Positions 46,575 to 56,388 of a stretch of 59,817 nucleotides of DNA are shown piece by piece. This DNA is from Acidimicrobiia bacterium (GTDB lineage Bacteria > Actinomycetota > Acidimicrobiia > Spongiisociales > ZC4RG35), in assembly GCA_050329555.1 (NCBI GenBank), contig JBHJOQ010000061.1, positions 1 through 59,817 on the forward strand. The letters run 5' to 3'. Position numbers and translations under genes: made by a program. A model generated the notes under the pieces. The model saw only the letters and a program-made list of their open reading frames with translations. It had not been told where the DNA came from and made no database searches. Numbering within the stretch: the first letter of the stretch is position 1; each line of letters starts with the position of its first letter.

Positions 46575-47317
46575 CCGGCGGCGATGCCCGGGTCGCACTG
46601 GTAACGGGTGGCTCGAGGGGGATAGGCCGGGCGATCGCGCTTCGACTTGCCGCAGACGGCCACGTAGTGGTGGTCAACTACTCGGCGAATACGTTTGCCG
46701 CCGCCGGTGTAGTTGCACAGATCGAGTCGGCGGGAGGCCGGGCGATGTCCGCTCAGGCCGATGTTTCTGATCCTGACCAGGTCGACGCCCTCTTCGACCT
46801 GGTCGCGACCGACCTCGGCACGGTCGATGTCCTCGTCAACAACGCCGGGATCACCAGGGACAATCTCTTACTCAGGATGAGCCACGAAGACTTCGACTCG
46901 GTGATGCAGACCAATCTCCGCTCGGCATTCCTCTGCACCAAGGCTTCTCTCCGGGGAATGCTCAAGGCAAGATGGGGCCGGATCATCTCGATAGCATCGG
47001 TCGCGGGGATCTCAGGCAATGCCGGCCAGGCGAACTACGCTGCTTCCAAGGGGGGGATGATTGCTTTCGCCAAGTCGATCGCCAAGGAAGTCGGGTCCCG
47101 GGGGATCACATCGAATGTCGTTGCTCCCGGATACATCGAGACCGACCTGACCGACGCACTTGGCGACGGCGTAAAGGAATCGGCATCCGCCGCCGTTGCG
47201 CTGGGTCGCTTCGGCCAACCCGAGGAGGTCGCAGAAGCAGTCGGATTTCTTGCATCTGATGCAAGCAGCTACATAACAGGCCAGGTTTTGGCGGTAGACG
47301 GCGGGATCACCCTGTAA
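46571..47317 (+). CDS. fabG: 3-oxoacyl-ACP reductase
   Basis: [20 protein letters not shown] and [14 protein letters not shown] start overlaps the fabH stop. Confidence 0.9.
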   Translation: MTGGDARVALVTGGSRGIGRAIALRLAADGHVVVVNYSANTFAAAGVVAQIESAGGRAMSAQADVSDPDQVDALFDLVATDLGTVDVLVNNAGITRDNLLLRMSHEDFDSVMQTNLRSAFLCTKASLRGMLKARWGRIISIASVAGISGNAGQANYAASKGGMIAFAKSIAKEVGSRGITSNVVAPGYIETDLTDALGDGVKESASAAVALGRFGQPEEVAEAVGFLASDASSYITGQVLAVDGGITL

Positions 47318-47361
47318 GTTCTTCCCCAACTCATAGAACTCATAGATAGGAGAAACGAGAA

Positions 47362-47607
47362 ATGGAAAGAAACGAAGTATCGGAGAAGTTGACCGGGGTC
47401 CTCGTGTCCGAGTTAGGGCTCGACGCCGAGAAGATCAACGACGATGCCCACTTCGAAGAGGACCTCGATGTCGACAGCCTCGGGGTGGTCGAACTGCTGA
47501 TGGCACTCGAAGACGAGTTCGGGGTGAAGATCCCCGATGAAGAAGCCGAGTCGATCATGACTGTCGGCCAGGCCGTCGACCTGGTCCACACCAAGCTCAA
47601 CGCCTAA
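47362..47607 (+). CDS. acpP: Acyl carrier protein
   Basis: 81 aa with the phosphopantetheine site DLDVDSLGVVEL. AGGAGA RBS. Confidence 0.9.
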   Translation: MERNEVSEKLTGVLVSELGLDAEKINDDAHFEEDLDVDSLGVVELLMALEDEFGVKIPDEEAESIMTVGQAVDLVHTKLNA

Positions 47608-47622
47608 GCAGACCCAGAACCT

Positions 47623-47907
47623 CTACACCTCACAACCCGGGCCGGGAGGATCCTCGTTCCTGGCCCGAGCCTCCTGCCATTCGCCGAGGCTGCGGTAGAT
47701 TAGCACCAGCACCAATGCCATCCCCGCCGTGACCACGATGAATGCCCCTGCCGCTATCGCCGCCGACCAGCCGTGACAGTGCGTCACCGCTCCGACCGGG
47801 TCGGAAGTCGTGCAGCTCAAATCCGTCACGAACCAACCCAAAAGCCCTGCGAGCACGCCGACCGTCAGCGATGGGATGGCGATCCACGGGTTCGGGGTTC
47901 GTCTCAA
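47623..47907 (-). CDS. Hypothetical two-TM membrane protein
   Basis: 94 aa. ATGA-type overlap with the upstream membrane gene supports co-translation. Confidence 0.4.
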   Translation of the reverse strand: MRRTPNPWIAIPSLTVGVLAGLLGWFVTDLSCTTSDPVGAVTHCHGWSAAIAAGAFIVVTAGMALVLVLIYRSLGEWQEARARNEDPPGPGCEV

Positions 47908-48644
47908 AGAGCCTGGCCCTTCTCGTCGATGCCGGCGCGGTCGAGGATCTCCTTCGGCGCGAGTTCAGGTGGAATGGCGTAACTGGTGCCTTTCTCGATG
48001 AGCGGCCGGAAGGCTACGGCGACATCGGACGACCAGGCCGTTGCGGTAATCGCTGCAGACGCCAGCAGTGCAACGATGGCATGCGGTAGAGGCATGAAGG
48101 CGGCAAAGGCGATCGTCGCTGCGATCAGCCCAAAGCGCAAGGCGGCGAGTCCGCCGGGGACGGTACGGCTGTAGAGAAGCGCGGCCAGGGGCCCACATGC
48201 CGCCATGGCGATCACCCACGAGTTGGCGTCGGCAGGAATCAGGCCGAGGGCGAGGGGCAGTCCCAGCGCGGCGAGGGTGACGATCACCGATCGGGCGGGC
48301 GGGCCGCCCGCCGAGGGGAGCTTTCTGACGAGTCGGTGCTGACGGGGTGACAGCAGGAGGATGAGGCTCAGCGCGGTAGCTCCCAGACCCGCCATGCTCC
48401 AGGTGGAGAGGGGAATTACGGTGCCGACCCAGAGGGTCGTCCCCAGCACCACGATGAGTGTGCGCAGGGCCCAGCGCCCGCCCACGAGCACCAGGCCAAC
48501 GGTGGCAACGGTGGACAGGACAAGCCAGCCGAGACCCGTGATGAGCACAGAGTTCGGGTGGTAGGGCCCGGGGGCGAGCATGACCGCGGCCAGCCAGATC
48601 AGAATCGCCGCCATCGGCGTCGCAGCGATCAGGATCGGTTTCAC
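47904..48644 (-). CDS. Hypothetical polytopic membrane protein
   Basis: 246 aa with about 7 TM helices. No recognised motif. Confidence 0.45.
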   Translation of the reverse strand: MKPILIAATPMAAILIWLAAVMLAPGPYHPNSVLITGLGWLVLSTVATVGLVLVGGRWALRTLIVVLGTTLWVGTVIPLSTWSMAGLGATALSLILLLSPRQHRLVRKLPSAGGPPARSVIVTLAALGLPLALGLIPADANSWVIAMAACGPLAALLYSRTVPGGLAALRFGLIAATIAFAAFMPLPHAIVALLASAAITATAWSSDVAVAFRPLIEKGTSYAIPPELAPKEILDRAGIDEKGQAL

Positions 48645-48669
48645 GGCTCCATTGTCGCAGCCGGTGCCT

Positions 48670-49344
48670 TCAAGCCGAAGTTGGCCCGTCGGGCGTGTCG
48701 TCGGAGGCCACGGCCCTTAGATCGGCGTGCTCGCCGAATCCCGGAGTGTCTCCGGGGCTCCACATAGTCTGTTCGACCCACGTGGTCCCGGGACGCAGGG
48801 TGACGACTGCGCCGTGAGCCGGCTTGTCTTCCTGGAGATTCGAGAGCGGTGAGCCGATGAGGCGGAGCCGGGCTGCCTGTATCGGATCCTGATGGGAGAC
48901 GATCACCACGTCGCCGTGGGGATGTTCCAGGTCGAGCCTGCGGGCAACCTCGGCCATTCTCTCAGCGAGGTCGCCAAGCGTCTCATCGGCGAAGTGCAAA
49001 GACTCCGGGTGTTCCAGGTAGGCCTCGAGCTCCCCTGGGAACTTCGACGGGATTTCCTGCCACGAATGGCCCTTCCAGCGATCGATTGCGTTCCACTCGG
49101 TCAGGTCGGCGTCCACCCGCACCGGAACCCCCGATCGGGCGGCGATCTCTTCTGCTGTCCGCAGAGAGCGCTCCAGTGGCGACGACCAGATCGCCACCAC
49201 CGCCCGGGGCCCGAGGTAACGGCCCACTTTTCGCGCTTGCTCGATGCCCAGGGTCGAGAGCCCGAAGTTGGGCAGAGAGCCGTAGACGATGTTGCCCGGG
49301 TTGGAGACCTCTCCGTGCCGTACGAGGTGAACGAATGCTGACAT
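48670..49344 (-). CDS. Histidine phosphatase family protein (phosphoglycerate mutase-like)
   Basis: VHLVRHGEV (RHG motif), SSPLERSLRTA and IVSHQD. Confidence 0.75.
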   Translation of the reverse strand: MSAFVHLVRHGEVSNPGNIVYGSLPNFGLSTLGIEQARKVGRYLGPRAVVAIWSSPLERSLRTAEEIAARSGVPVRVDADLTEWNAIDRWKGHSWQEIPSKFPGELEAYLEHPESLHFADETLGDLAERMAEVARRLDLEHPHGDVVIVSHQDPIQAARLRLIGSPLSNLQEDKPAHGAVVTLRPGTTWVEQTMWSPGDTPGFGEHADLRAVASDDTPDGPTSA

Positions 49345-49397
49345 TGGCCGGTAGTTTGGCCCGTCCTGCCTGCTACGTCAGGTATCTTCGCTGGTAC

Positions 49398-50570
49398 ATG
49401 TGGTCCGAACCCATCCTGCACGTCGATATGGACTCGTTCTTCGTCGAAGTCGAGCGACTGTCCAGGGAGGACCTCCGCGACAGGCCGGTAGCCGTGGGAG
49501 GGACCGGCAGCCGCGGCGTCATTGCCAGTGCCTCCTATGAGGCGAGGCGAGCGGGAGTCAGGTCGGCGCAACCGACGAGCGTTGCCCGGCGCCTCTGCCC
49601 CGAACTCATCGTCGTCTCGCCCTCGCACGGCAAGTACGGCGAGCTGTCCGGCCGGGTGTTCGAAGTGTTCAACTCGTTCACTCCGCGGGTGGAGGGCCTC
49701 AGCCTCGATGAGGCGTTTCTCGACATCAGCGGGCTCCGCCACCATTACGAGTCACCGGTGGAGGTTGGCCAGGCGATAAGGTCCAAGCTCCGATCCGATA
49801 TCGGGCTTCCCTCGTCGGTTGGTGTGGCCTCGACCAAATTCGTGGCCAAGCTCGCGTCGAAGGCCGCCAAACCCGACGGTCTCCGACATATTGACTCAGC
49901 CTGGCAACAGGAGTTTCTTCATGCGCTGCCGGTCGACGAGCTCTGGGGGGTGGGCCCGGCCACTCTGGCCGGTCTGCGGAGACTGGGCATTGGAACGGTC
50001 GGGGATCTGGCCGCTCTTCCCGAATCGACCGTATCTGCGGCCCTGGGACCATCCCAGGGTGCCCATCTCCATTGCCTCGCCAACGGAATCGACCCCCGCA
50101 GCGTGGAGCCGGCTGCTGAGACGAAACAGATATCTGTCGAGGAGACGTACAACCACGACCTGGATGGGAGGCATCTCGTCGAGTCGGCGCTCCTGGCCCA
50201 TGCCCAGCGTCTTGCGATGAGGCTGCGGCAGGCATCCGTCCGGCCCCGCACCATCTCCCTGAAAGTGCGGTACGACGACTTCACCACCGTGACCAGGTCA
50301 CGGACTCGATCCGAGGGGATCGACGGTTCCCGGGACATTTTCAAGATCGCCAAAGAGCTGTTGTCCGATGTGCCTGCGGTGCGCCCGGTTCGCCTGCTCG
50401 GCCTGGCCGGGTCATCTTTCGAGACTGTCACAGGAGGCGCCCAGCTCCTGCTCGACGACGACGACTCGTGGAGTCGGGTGTCCAGGGTTGTCGGTGATGT
50501 CGAGGACCGGTTCGGGCCTGCATCGATCGAGCCGGCCCGTCTCCTCGACTGGCAGGAAAGGTCCGACTGA
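49398..50570 (+). CDS. dinB: DNA polymerase IV (Y-family)
   Basis: Start MWSEPILHVDMDSFFVEVE, plus SLDEAFLD, SVGVASTKFVAKLAS and LWGVGPAT. The upstream 104 codons of the track ORF are rejected. Confidence 0.9.
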   Translation: MWSEPILHVDMDSFFVEVERLSREDLRDRPVAVGGTGSRGVIASASYEARRAGVRSAQPTSVARRLCPELIVVSPSHGKYGELSGRVFEVFNSFTPRVEGLSLDEAFLDISGLRHHYESPVEVGQAIRSKLRSDIGLPSSVGVASTKFVAKLASKAAKPDGLRHIDSAWQQEFLHALPVDELWGVGPATLAGLRRLGIGTVGDLAALPESTVSAALGPSQGAHLHCLANGIDPRSVEPAAETKQISVEETYNHDLDGRHLVESALLAHAQRLAMRLRQASVRPRTISLKVRYDDFTTVTRSRTRSEGIDGSRDIFKIAKELLSDVPAVRPVRLLGLAGSSFETVTGGAQLLLDDDDSWSRVSRVVGDVEDRFGPASIEPARLLDWQERSD

Positions 50571-50637
50571 ACTATGGACTACTGACTCCAGACCCGGTGT
50601 AAAGTTGGACGAGACAGGGAAGACGAAAGCCCGCCCA

Positions 50638-50943
50638 ATGCCATTAGACGATCGGGAACAAAAGATCCTCGCCGAGATAGAACGTCAGTTCTACGAGGAA
50701 GATCCAGAGCTGGCACGCGCCGTCGAGAACATCGACCGGACCCCGATGGTGAAGGTGCGCGTGGCAATTGCCGGAGCGGTGATCGGACTTGCAGTGATCT
50801 TGTTCTTCTTTGCACAAAACATCGTCTTTGCGCTGGTCGGTTTTGCTGTGCTGATCGCCTCGGTGAGCGTTCTCGTGCCCGTTCTTCGCGAGCGACTGGT
50901 CTCAACCGGGGCCGGAGAGAACGACACCGATCAAGCCGTCTGA
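50638..50943 (+). CDS. DUF3040 membrane protein
   Basis: MPLDDREQKILAEIERQFYEEDPELA followed by two TM helices, the characteristic DUF3040 architecture. Confidence 0.6.
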   Translation: MPLDDREQKILAEIERQFYEEDPELARAVENIDRTPMVKVRVAIAGAVIGLAVILFFFAQNIVFALVGFAVLIASVSVLVPVLRERLVSTGAGENDTDQAV

Positions 50944-51014
50944 CGGCGAATTTCGCGATCCTTCCTCCCTTTGCCGAACCGGCTAAGGTTGCGTCCCTAT
51001 GGCGTTCCTCCGGG

Positions 51015-51584
51015 GTGGAGTCAATCGCCGAAGGTATAGATTTTGAAACCTGGCTCAATGCGCCAGGTCGACGTTTTAGGAAGGGAAGAGTGGAGCAGGC
51101 ATTCACGGCCGAACAGGCTTGTCGGCTGACCAATTGCACACACCACCAGTTGCGTTATTGGGACCGGGTCGGCTTGGTAAAGCCCTCGGTTCAGAAGAGC
51201 GGAGGCCGACCGGGTGTTCGCCGCCTCTATTCGTTCAGAGACCTTGTTGCCTTGAAGGTTGTCCGCAGCCTCCTCGACAACGGCATGTCTCTACAGCGAG
51301 TGCGCCGGGCATGGGACTACCTCCGCCGGGAGGGTGGTATGGAAAACCATCTCTCGGAGGTGAAACTCGTGACTGATGGGCAGACCATCTTCAGGGTGAG
51401 TTCTGACGAGGGCGAGATACTCGACGCACTTCGGGAGGGCCAGCTCTCCTTTTTTGTCGCGATCGATCAGATCGCACGTGAAGTAGAAGAGGATGTCACC
51501 CGTTTCGAACTCGACAAGGAGCGATTCCTCACGATGTTGCGGCGGGTCGAGGACGACATCGCAGAAGAGCGACGCTCCGGCTGA
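51015..51584 (+). CDS. MerR-family transcriptional regulator
   Basis: HTH FTAEQACRLTNCTHHQLRYWDRVGLVKPS ... YSFRDLVALKVVRSLLDNGMSLQRVR. Start codon uncertain (GTG at 51015). Confidence 0.7.
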   Translation: MESIAEGIDFETWLNAPGRRFRKGRVEQAFTAEQACRLTNCTHHQLRYWDRVGLVKPSVQKSGGRPGVRRLYSFRDLVALKVVRSLLDNGMSLQRVRRAWDYLRREGGMENHLSEVKLVTDGQTIFRVSSDEGEILDALREGQLSFFVAIDQIAREVEEDVTRFELDKERFLTMLRRVEDDIAEERRSG

Positions 51585-51596
51585 CCCTCGAGGGCG

Positions 51597-53927
51597 CTAC
51601 TGCCTGCGGCGCTGGAGAAGCGATGAAGGGTTGAACCGGGCGCGCATGCGCCTTCCGCCTTCGTATCTGAGCTTGATCCAGTGCTCGACGGCAAGGAAGT
51701 CGTCGACTTTTCCCTCGTTGGCGCGCCGGCCGTAGATGGCAGCGCCATAGGCCCGGGCCACCGGTACCAGAGATCGGTCCGTGGCGAGGGCGAACTCAAT
51801 CGGGGTGTTGTGTTCGGGTATCCGCTCTCCGAGATCGGAGAGCTGGTCGACTATCTCGTCCCAGGCAGCGGTGATGTCCCCGGTCCGGATCGTCGCCATC
51901 CTCCGCCGACGCCGCAGCCCCTTGAGCAACGGGATGGCAAACGCCATCAAAATCAGCAACGGCACCGAGAGCACCCAGGTGGGGAGAGTGCCGGACGAAT
52001 CGCCGCCCTGTGCTCCACCGAGGTCGGTGTCGTCGAGTCCGAGCAGTGGGCTATCGTCGTCGAAGCCGGGCTGGTCAATCGTGGTGGGCTGGTTGATGGG
52101 GTCTGCCACGTAGAGGGACGGGTCGAACTCCGCGGTGAAGCTCTGGGGCAGGGCGCCGTCCGAGCGCGGGGTCGGGTCGAACTTCACCCAACCGAACCCG
52201 TCCATCCACATCTCCACCCAGGCGTGGGCGTTGTTGTCACGGACCACGATGGCGGTCGTCCCGTCGCTCTGGGTGATCTCATCGCCCGGGGTGAACCCCC
52301 AGACAACGCGACTGGGCACATTCAGCGCCCTCCCAAGCACCGCCATCGAGGCGGCAAATTGCTCGCAATAGCCGGTCCGGTAGTCCTGGCTCGTCTCCTC
52401 TGTCAGCCAGTCGGCAAGCTGCAGGTCGGTGTGACCAGCAGTAACGTCTGTCGAATAGATGAACGTGCCGCTGTCCCGGAACCAATGCTGGAGCAGTGTG
52501 GCCCTCTCGAAGTCGGAACGTGCACCACGGGTCACCTCCCGTGCCAGAGCAGGAATTGCCGACGAGACCCCGTTAGGGAGCTCGAGATATCGGTCGATGT
52601 CGGTCGGGCGATCCAGCTCGCCCGAATGCATCGCCGGCTCAACCGCAAAAGCCCCGATCCTTCCTGCTTCGGCGAAAAGTGGGGTGAGCTCCCCATCGGG
52701 ACCGGTGGCCAGTGCGTTGAGGTCGGCGCGTTCGATCGGGTAGTCGGCTTCGACCTGATACGTCATGCCTTCGTCGAGTTGGGACTGGTTGATCAAAGAG
52801 CCGTCCGGAGCCACCTGGAACTGGTTGATATTTTCGGTGTCGCTCTGCAGAGCCCGGGCGATACCAGCAGTTGGCACCAACGGGCCTCGCAACGCCTCGA
52901 TCCGGATCCGCTGGGTGAAGGTCACGGTCGTTCCCTGATAGGCATGGTCGGGGTCTCCACCTGCGGTCGCCGGGGAGTACCGCTCGAGTTGGTCGTCGTC
53001 GGGCAACCAGCTCTGGCCGTCGTAACGGCTCAGCGTCTCCATCCGGTAGTAGATCTGTGTGGCTTCAGGTGCGTTTTCGTCGAAGGTGACCCGGAACAGC
53101 TCAGCGTTCGATCGTGAGATCACCCGTTTCTGCAACCCGACCAGCCTGTTGAACGAAATCCCACCGAAACCTTCCCCGTACCCACCACCACTGCGCCAGT
53201 TGATGTTTCCAGACTCGCTGACGATCTGCGACGCCGAGGTGGCTAGAGCGACTGAGGAGACCGCAACTAACCCGGCCATGGCCAGTGCCAGGCTGCCTCC
53301 ATGGCGGGGTATGGGTCGTCCACTCGAATCCCGGACGCGGCCAGCCGCACTCTTCCGGTCGTTGGCGATTGCCGCCACCGAAAGAGCGAATATTGCGGCC
53401 GCCATGCCCATCCAACCCCGCCCGGCCGGAGCGCGGTCAATCACCGCGAATTGGAGATACATCGCAATCGAGGGAAGCGACATTGCCGCTACCGGACCGT
53501 GGGAGGCACCCCAGGCGAACAAGGCCCCTATCACCCACATCACAACGGCAAGTATGGCGATGAGCCCGGCACCCGGGTATACCGGTGAGACCCCGAAACG
53601 CATGATGTCGAACGACTCTCCCATCTCTGCCATCAGGGCCAGCAGCGTGTCCGGGCCCGGGAAGAACCCGACGAGCAGGGTCTGAGCCACGGAAATCCTC
53701 AGGAAGAGGAGGATCCCAGTCACGCCGAACAGACCGAGCGCGCCACGTCGGGAAGACATGGTCTCGGAGAGCAGCCACCACACAACCCCGCCCAAGAAAG
53801 CAGCGGCGCCGAGGATCAGATGCCACGAGGGAGCTCCACCGCCCGCCTCGAAGAGGCGCCCAAGGCGGGCGACCATCAGCGCGAAAGCGGCGAGTCCCGC
53901 TAGACGGCTCAGCGTGTTGCTGACCAT
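51597..53927 (-). CDS. Transglutaminase-domain membrane protein (TgpA-like; DUF3488 + transglutaminase core)
   Basis: N-terminal multi-TM region. Catalytic Cys motif GYCEQFAASMAVLGR, HAWVE, and a C-terminal TM plus DUF4129-like tail. Confidence 0.8.
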   Translation of the reverse strand: MVSNTLSRLAGLAAFALMVARLGRLFEAGGGAPSWHLILGAAAFLGGVVWWLLSETMSSRRGALGLFGVTGILLFLRISVAQTLLVGFFPGPDTLLALMAEMGESFDIMRFGVSPVYPGAGLIAILAVVMWVIGALFAWGASHGPVAAMSLPSIAMYLQFAVIDRAPAGRGWMGMAAAIFALSVAAIANDRKSAAGRVRDSSGRPIPRHGGSLALAMAGLVAVSSVALATSASQIVSESGNINWRSGGGYGEGFGGISFNRLVGLQKRVISRSNAELFRVTFDENAPEATQIYYRMETLSRYDGQSWLPDDDQLERYSPATAGGDPDHAYQGTTVTFTQRIRIEALRGPLVPTAGIARALQSDTENINQFQVAPDGSLINQSQLDEGMTYQVEADYPIERADLNALATGPDGELTPLFAEAGRIGAFAVEPAMHSGELDRPTDIDRYLELPNGVSSAIPALAREVTRGARSDFERATLLQHWFRDSGTFIYSTDVTAGHTDLQLADWLTEETSQDYRTGYCEQFAASMAVLGRALNVPSRVVWGFTPGDEITQSDGTTAIVVRDNNAHAWVEMWMDGFGWVKFDPTPRSDGALPQSFTAEFDPSLYVADPINQPTTIDQPGFDDDSPLLGLDDTDLGGAQGGDSSGTLPTWVLSVPLLILMAFAIPLLKGLRRRRRMATIRTGDITAAWDEIVDQLSDLGERIPEHNTPIEFALATDRSLVPVARAYGAAIYGRRANEGKVDDFLAVEHWIKLRYEGGRRMRARFNPSSLLQRRRQ

Positions 53928-55078
53928 GTGTCTATCCCTAAGACCCAGGCCGGTGCCCAGGGTTCGTCGGGTTTCGCCGAAATCGTGGTGACGCCGAGCC
54001 TGTGGAAGCCGACCAGGGTTTGTGATGTGGTGGTCGAAGCCGACATGAGAACAGTTGTGGGGTAGTCGCGGGACAGAAGTTGCTGCACCGAAAGCAGTGG
54101 CCGGTCGGCAACCCCGGTGACCATCACCAGGGCGCCGCCACCGCCCTTTTGCCGGATCCGGGTTGCGACCGCCTCGATATCGATGGCTGGATCGGGCTGG
54201 ACGAGGGCAAGGCGTTCCATCACCGACGCATAGCGGGACGCATCGATGGGGTCGGCGTCACCCGCCCAGAGGTCGGCGTCGAAACCTGATGTCACCAGGT
54301 GGGTGACGACGGTCGCCGCCCCGGACACGGCCTTCTCGAACGCTGCACCCGACTCATAGCTGTCAGACCTGACGTCGAGGAGGACCAAGGCCCGCGACTG
54401 CCAGGGGGTCTCCAGCTGGCGAATCATCAGCTCGTCGGTACGCGCCGACGACGGCCAGTGCACCCGTCTCAGGTCGTCCCCCCTCTGGTATTCCCGGAGG
54501 GTGTAGAAGTCCTCGCCCCCACGTCGTGCGTGCTCGGGCCTGGACGCTTGCATTGCCGGGTCCTGGCCCCGGACTATCGGGAACCCGGTCAGGGGCTCAA
54601 CGGCCGGGTACACGACGATTCGGTCCACCGGGCCGGTGCCGACGTTGGTCCGGGCCAGACCGAAGGGATCGCCGCGGTGCACCTTCGTCGGGCCCACGCG
54701 GTAGACGCCACGGGGGCGACATGTGACGCGGTACGTCGCCGTGGCCTGGTCGCCGCCGGAGATCCGAGCACACTCGAAGCTGGCGGTGCCCAGGTTGTCG
54801 ATGTTGTCGTCGATGGTGAGGTTGGCAGCAGCGCTTTTGCCCTCATTGGTGACCAGCAGGCTGATCGTGGTGGTGTCTCCGTCGTGGACAGTCGCCGACC
54901 CGAGGCGGCGCCCGATCGAGAGCTTCGGTTGGCGGGTCCGGACATACGTGAGGGCCACGAACTGGAGCAGCAGCACGAAGATCGCAGCCAGCAGTAGCTC
55001 GAGGTCACCGAATGCGTACCAGAGGATGAGCAGGGCAACACCGCTACCGGTCAGCGCCCAGCCGCGGACCGTCGGCAT
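53909..55078 (-). CDS. DUF58 (vWA-like) protein
   Basis: Two N-terminal TM helices and YTLREYQRGDDLRRVHW (DUF58 signature). Located between moxR and the transglutaminase gene. Confidence 0.75.
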   Translation of the reverse strand: MPTVRGWALTGSGVALLILWYAFGDLELLLAAIFVLLLQFVALTYVRTRQPKLSIGRRLGSATVHDGDTTTISLLVTNEGKSAAANLTIDDNIDNLGTASFECARISGGDQATATYRVTCRPRGVYRVGPTKVHRGDPFGLARTNVGTGPVDRIVVYPAVEPLTGFPIVRGQDPAMQASRPEHARRGGEDFYTLREYQRGDDLRRVHWPSSARTDELMIRQLETPWQSRALVLLDVRSDSYESGAAFEKAVSGAATVVTHLVTSGFDADLWAGDADPIDASRYASVMERLALVQPDPAIDIEAVATRIRQKGGGGALVMVTGVADRPLLSVQQLLSRDYPTTVLMSASTTTSQTLVGFHRLGVTTISAKPDEPWAPAWVLGIDTWSATR

Positions 55079-56058
55079 CAGGTGGCGAGTCGGGAGGCTG
55101 TGCCTGGAACCCGCAGGCGGGTCATCACCTCGTCGATGGTCTCATCGATGGTTTCGCCCCTCATCTGGGCTTCCGGTCGAAGCGACATTCGATGGACAAG
55201 GACCGGGCTCGCCAGAGCCTTGACATCGTCAGGTGTCACATACTCCCGGCCCTCGGCTGCAGCGCGAGCCCGGGAGAGTCTCTGGAGGAAAAGCGCTGAT
55301 CGCGGTGATGCCCCGAGCAGGATGTCGGAGTGGTTCCGGGTGCCTTCGACGAGGTCGACGATATAGGTCTTGACCGACTGGGAGACGGTTACGCCCCGGG
55401 CAATCGAGATCATCTCGCCAACTTCGTCCGTTGTCACGACAGCCTCGAGGTCGAGGAAGGTCGAGCGGACTCCGTGGGTGTCCATCATCTCCAATTCTTT
55501 CTGACGGCTCGGGTACCCGATCACCACCCGCATCATGAACCGGTCGAGCTGGGCTTCAGGCAGGGGATAGGTGCCTTCGTGCTCGAGGGGGTTCTGTGTG
55601 GCCACCACCATGAATGGAAGCCCCAATTCCCTGGTCATCCCGTCGGAAGTGACCTGGCGCTCCTCCATCGCCTCGAGAAGGGCAGACTGGGTCTTCGGGC
55701 TCGCTCGGTTGATCTCGTCGCCCACCACGATGTTGGCGAATATAGGGCCGGGCTTGAACTCGAATTCGCTGCGGTTCCGGTCCCATACCGAGACCCCGGT
55801 CACATCGGAGGGGAGCAGGTCGGGGGTGAACTGGATCCGATTGAAGGCCCCGTCGATGCTGCGGGCGATCGATTTGGCCAGCTGGGTCTTGCCCACTCCG
55901 GGGACGTCTTCGACCAGGACATGCCCCTCTGCGACGAGGGCCATAACGACCAGTTCGATCACCTCGCGCTTGCCCTGGATCACTGTTTCCACGTTGCTCG
56001 CGATCCGATGGAACCGCTCGCCGAAGAGCTCTATTTGCTGTGGGCTGGCTTCGATCAA
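55078..56058 (-). CDS. MoxR-family AAA+ ATPase
   Basis: HVLVEDVPGVGKT (Walker A), IVVGDEINRASPKTQSALLEAMEE (Walker B/sensor) and VVATQNP. I place the start at the TTG at 56058, 5 nt after GGGAGA, giving a typical 326 aa. The 406-aa track ORF would run over a GC3-rich + strand gene. Confidence 0.85.
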   Translation of the reverse strand: MIEASPQQIELFGERFHRIASNVETVIQGKREVIELVVMALVAEGHVLVEDVPGVGKTQLAKSIARSIDGAFNRIQFTPDLLPSDVTGVSVWDRNRSEFEFKPGPIFANIVVGDEINRASPKTQSALLEAMEERQVTSDGMTRELGLPFMVVATQNPLEHEGTYPLPEAQLDRFMMRVVIGYPSRQKELEMMDTHGVRSTFLDLEAVVTTDEVGEMISIARGVTVSQSVKTYIVDLVEGTRNHSDILLGASPRSALFLQRLSRARAAAEGREYVTPDDVKALASPVLVHRMSLRPEAQMRGETIDETIDEVMTRLRVPGTASRLAT

Positions 56059-56112
56059 CGAAATCTCCCGGGTCTTGCGAATTCCATTGGACTTTACTGA
56101 CACTTCTGTGCT

Positions 56113-56388
56113 GTGGGATGTAGACTGGCCTCGGGGAATGGCTATCGAATCATGAGCTGGAATACGGGTGTGGGAAGAACCGTGGGAGCTTTGGCCTTCA
56201 GACCTGCCGTTTGGTGGGAGGCTTTGAGGTTTCTCTTCGCCGTGCGTGTCCATCGCGGGCTGCGTCCTTCCGCCGATTATCTCCACTGGAGAGTTCATAC
56301 CGCCTACGGCAATGACATGTCGGTGACAACGCCGGACGATGTCGTCAAGTTCCTGGACTGGCGCCGGAAGATGAGGGCCGCATCGTGA
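56113..56388 (+). CDS. Hypothetical protein (start ambiguous: 56113 or ATG at 56152)
   Basis: High third-position GC in this frame. GTGA overlap with the next ORF. No recognised family. Confidence 0.4.
   Translation: MGCRLASGNGYRIMSWNTGVGRTVGALAFRPAVWWEALRFLFAVRVHRGLRPSADYLHWRVHTAYGNDMSVTTPDDVVKFLDWRRKMRAAS

Noticed and set aside
51681-53117. 478-aa plus-strand ORF
   Set aside because: It is antisense to the transglutaminase-domain gene, which carries a clear catalytic Cys motif. The translation is low complexity.
56059-56298. Long (406-aa) version of the MoxR ORF
   Set aside because: The extra 80 residues are disordered-looking. They overlap a plus-strand frame with strong GC3 bias. An SD-preceded TTG at 56058 gives a canonical MoxR length.
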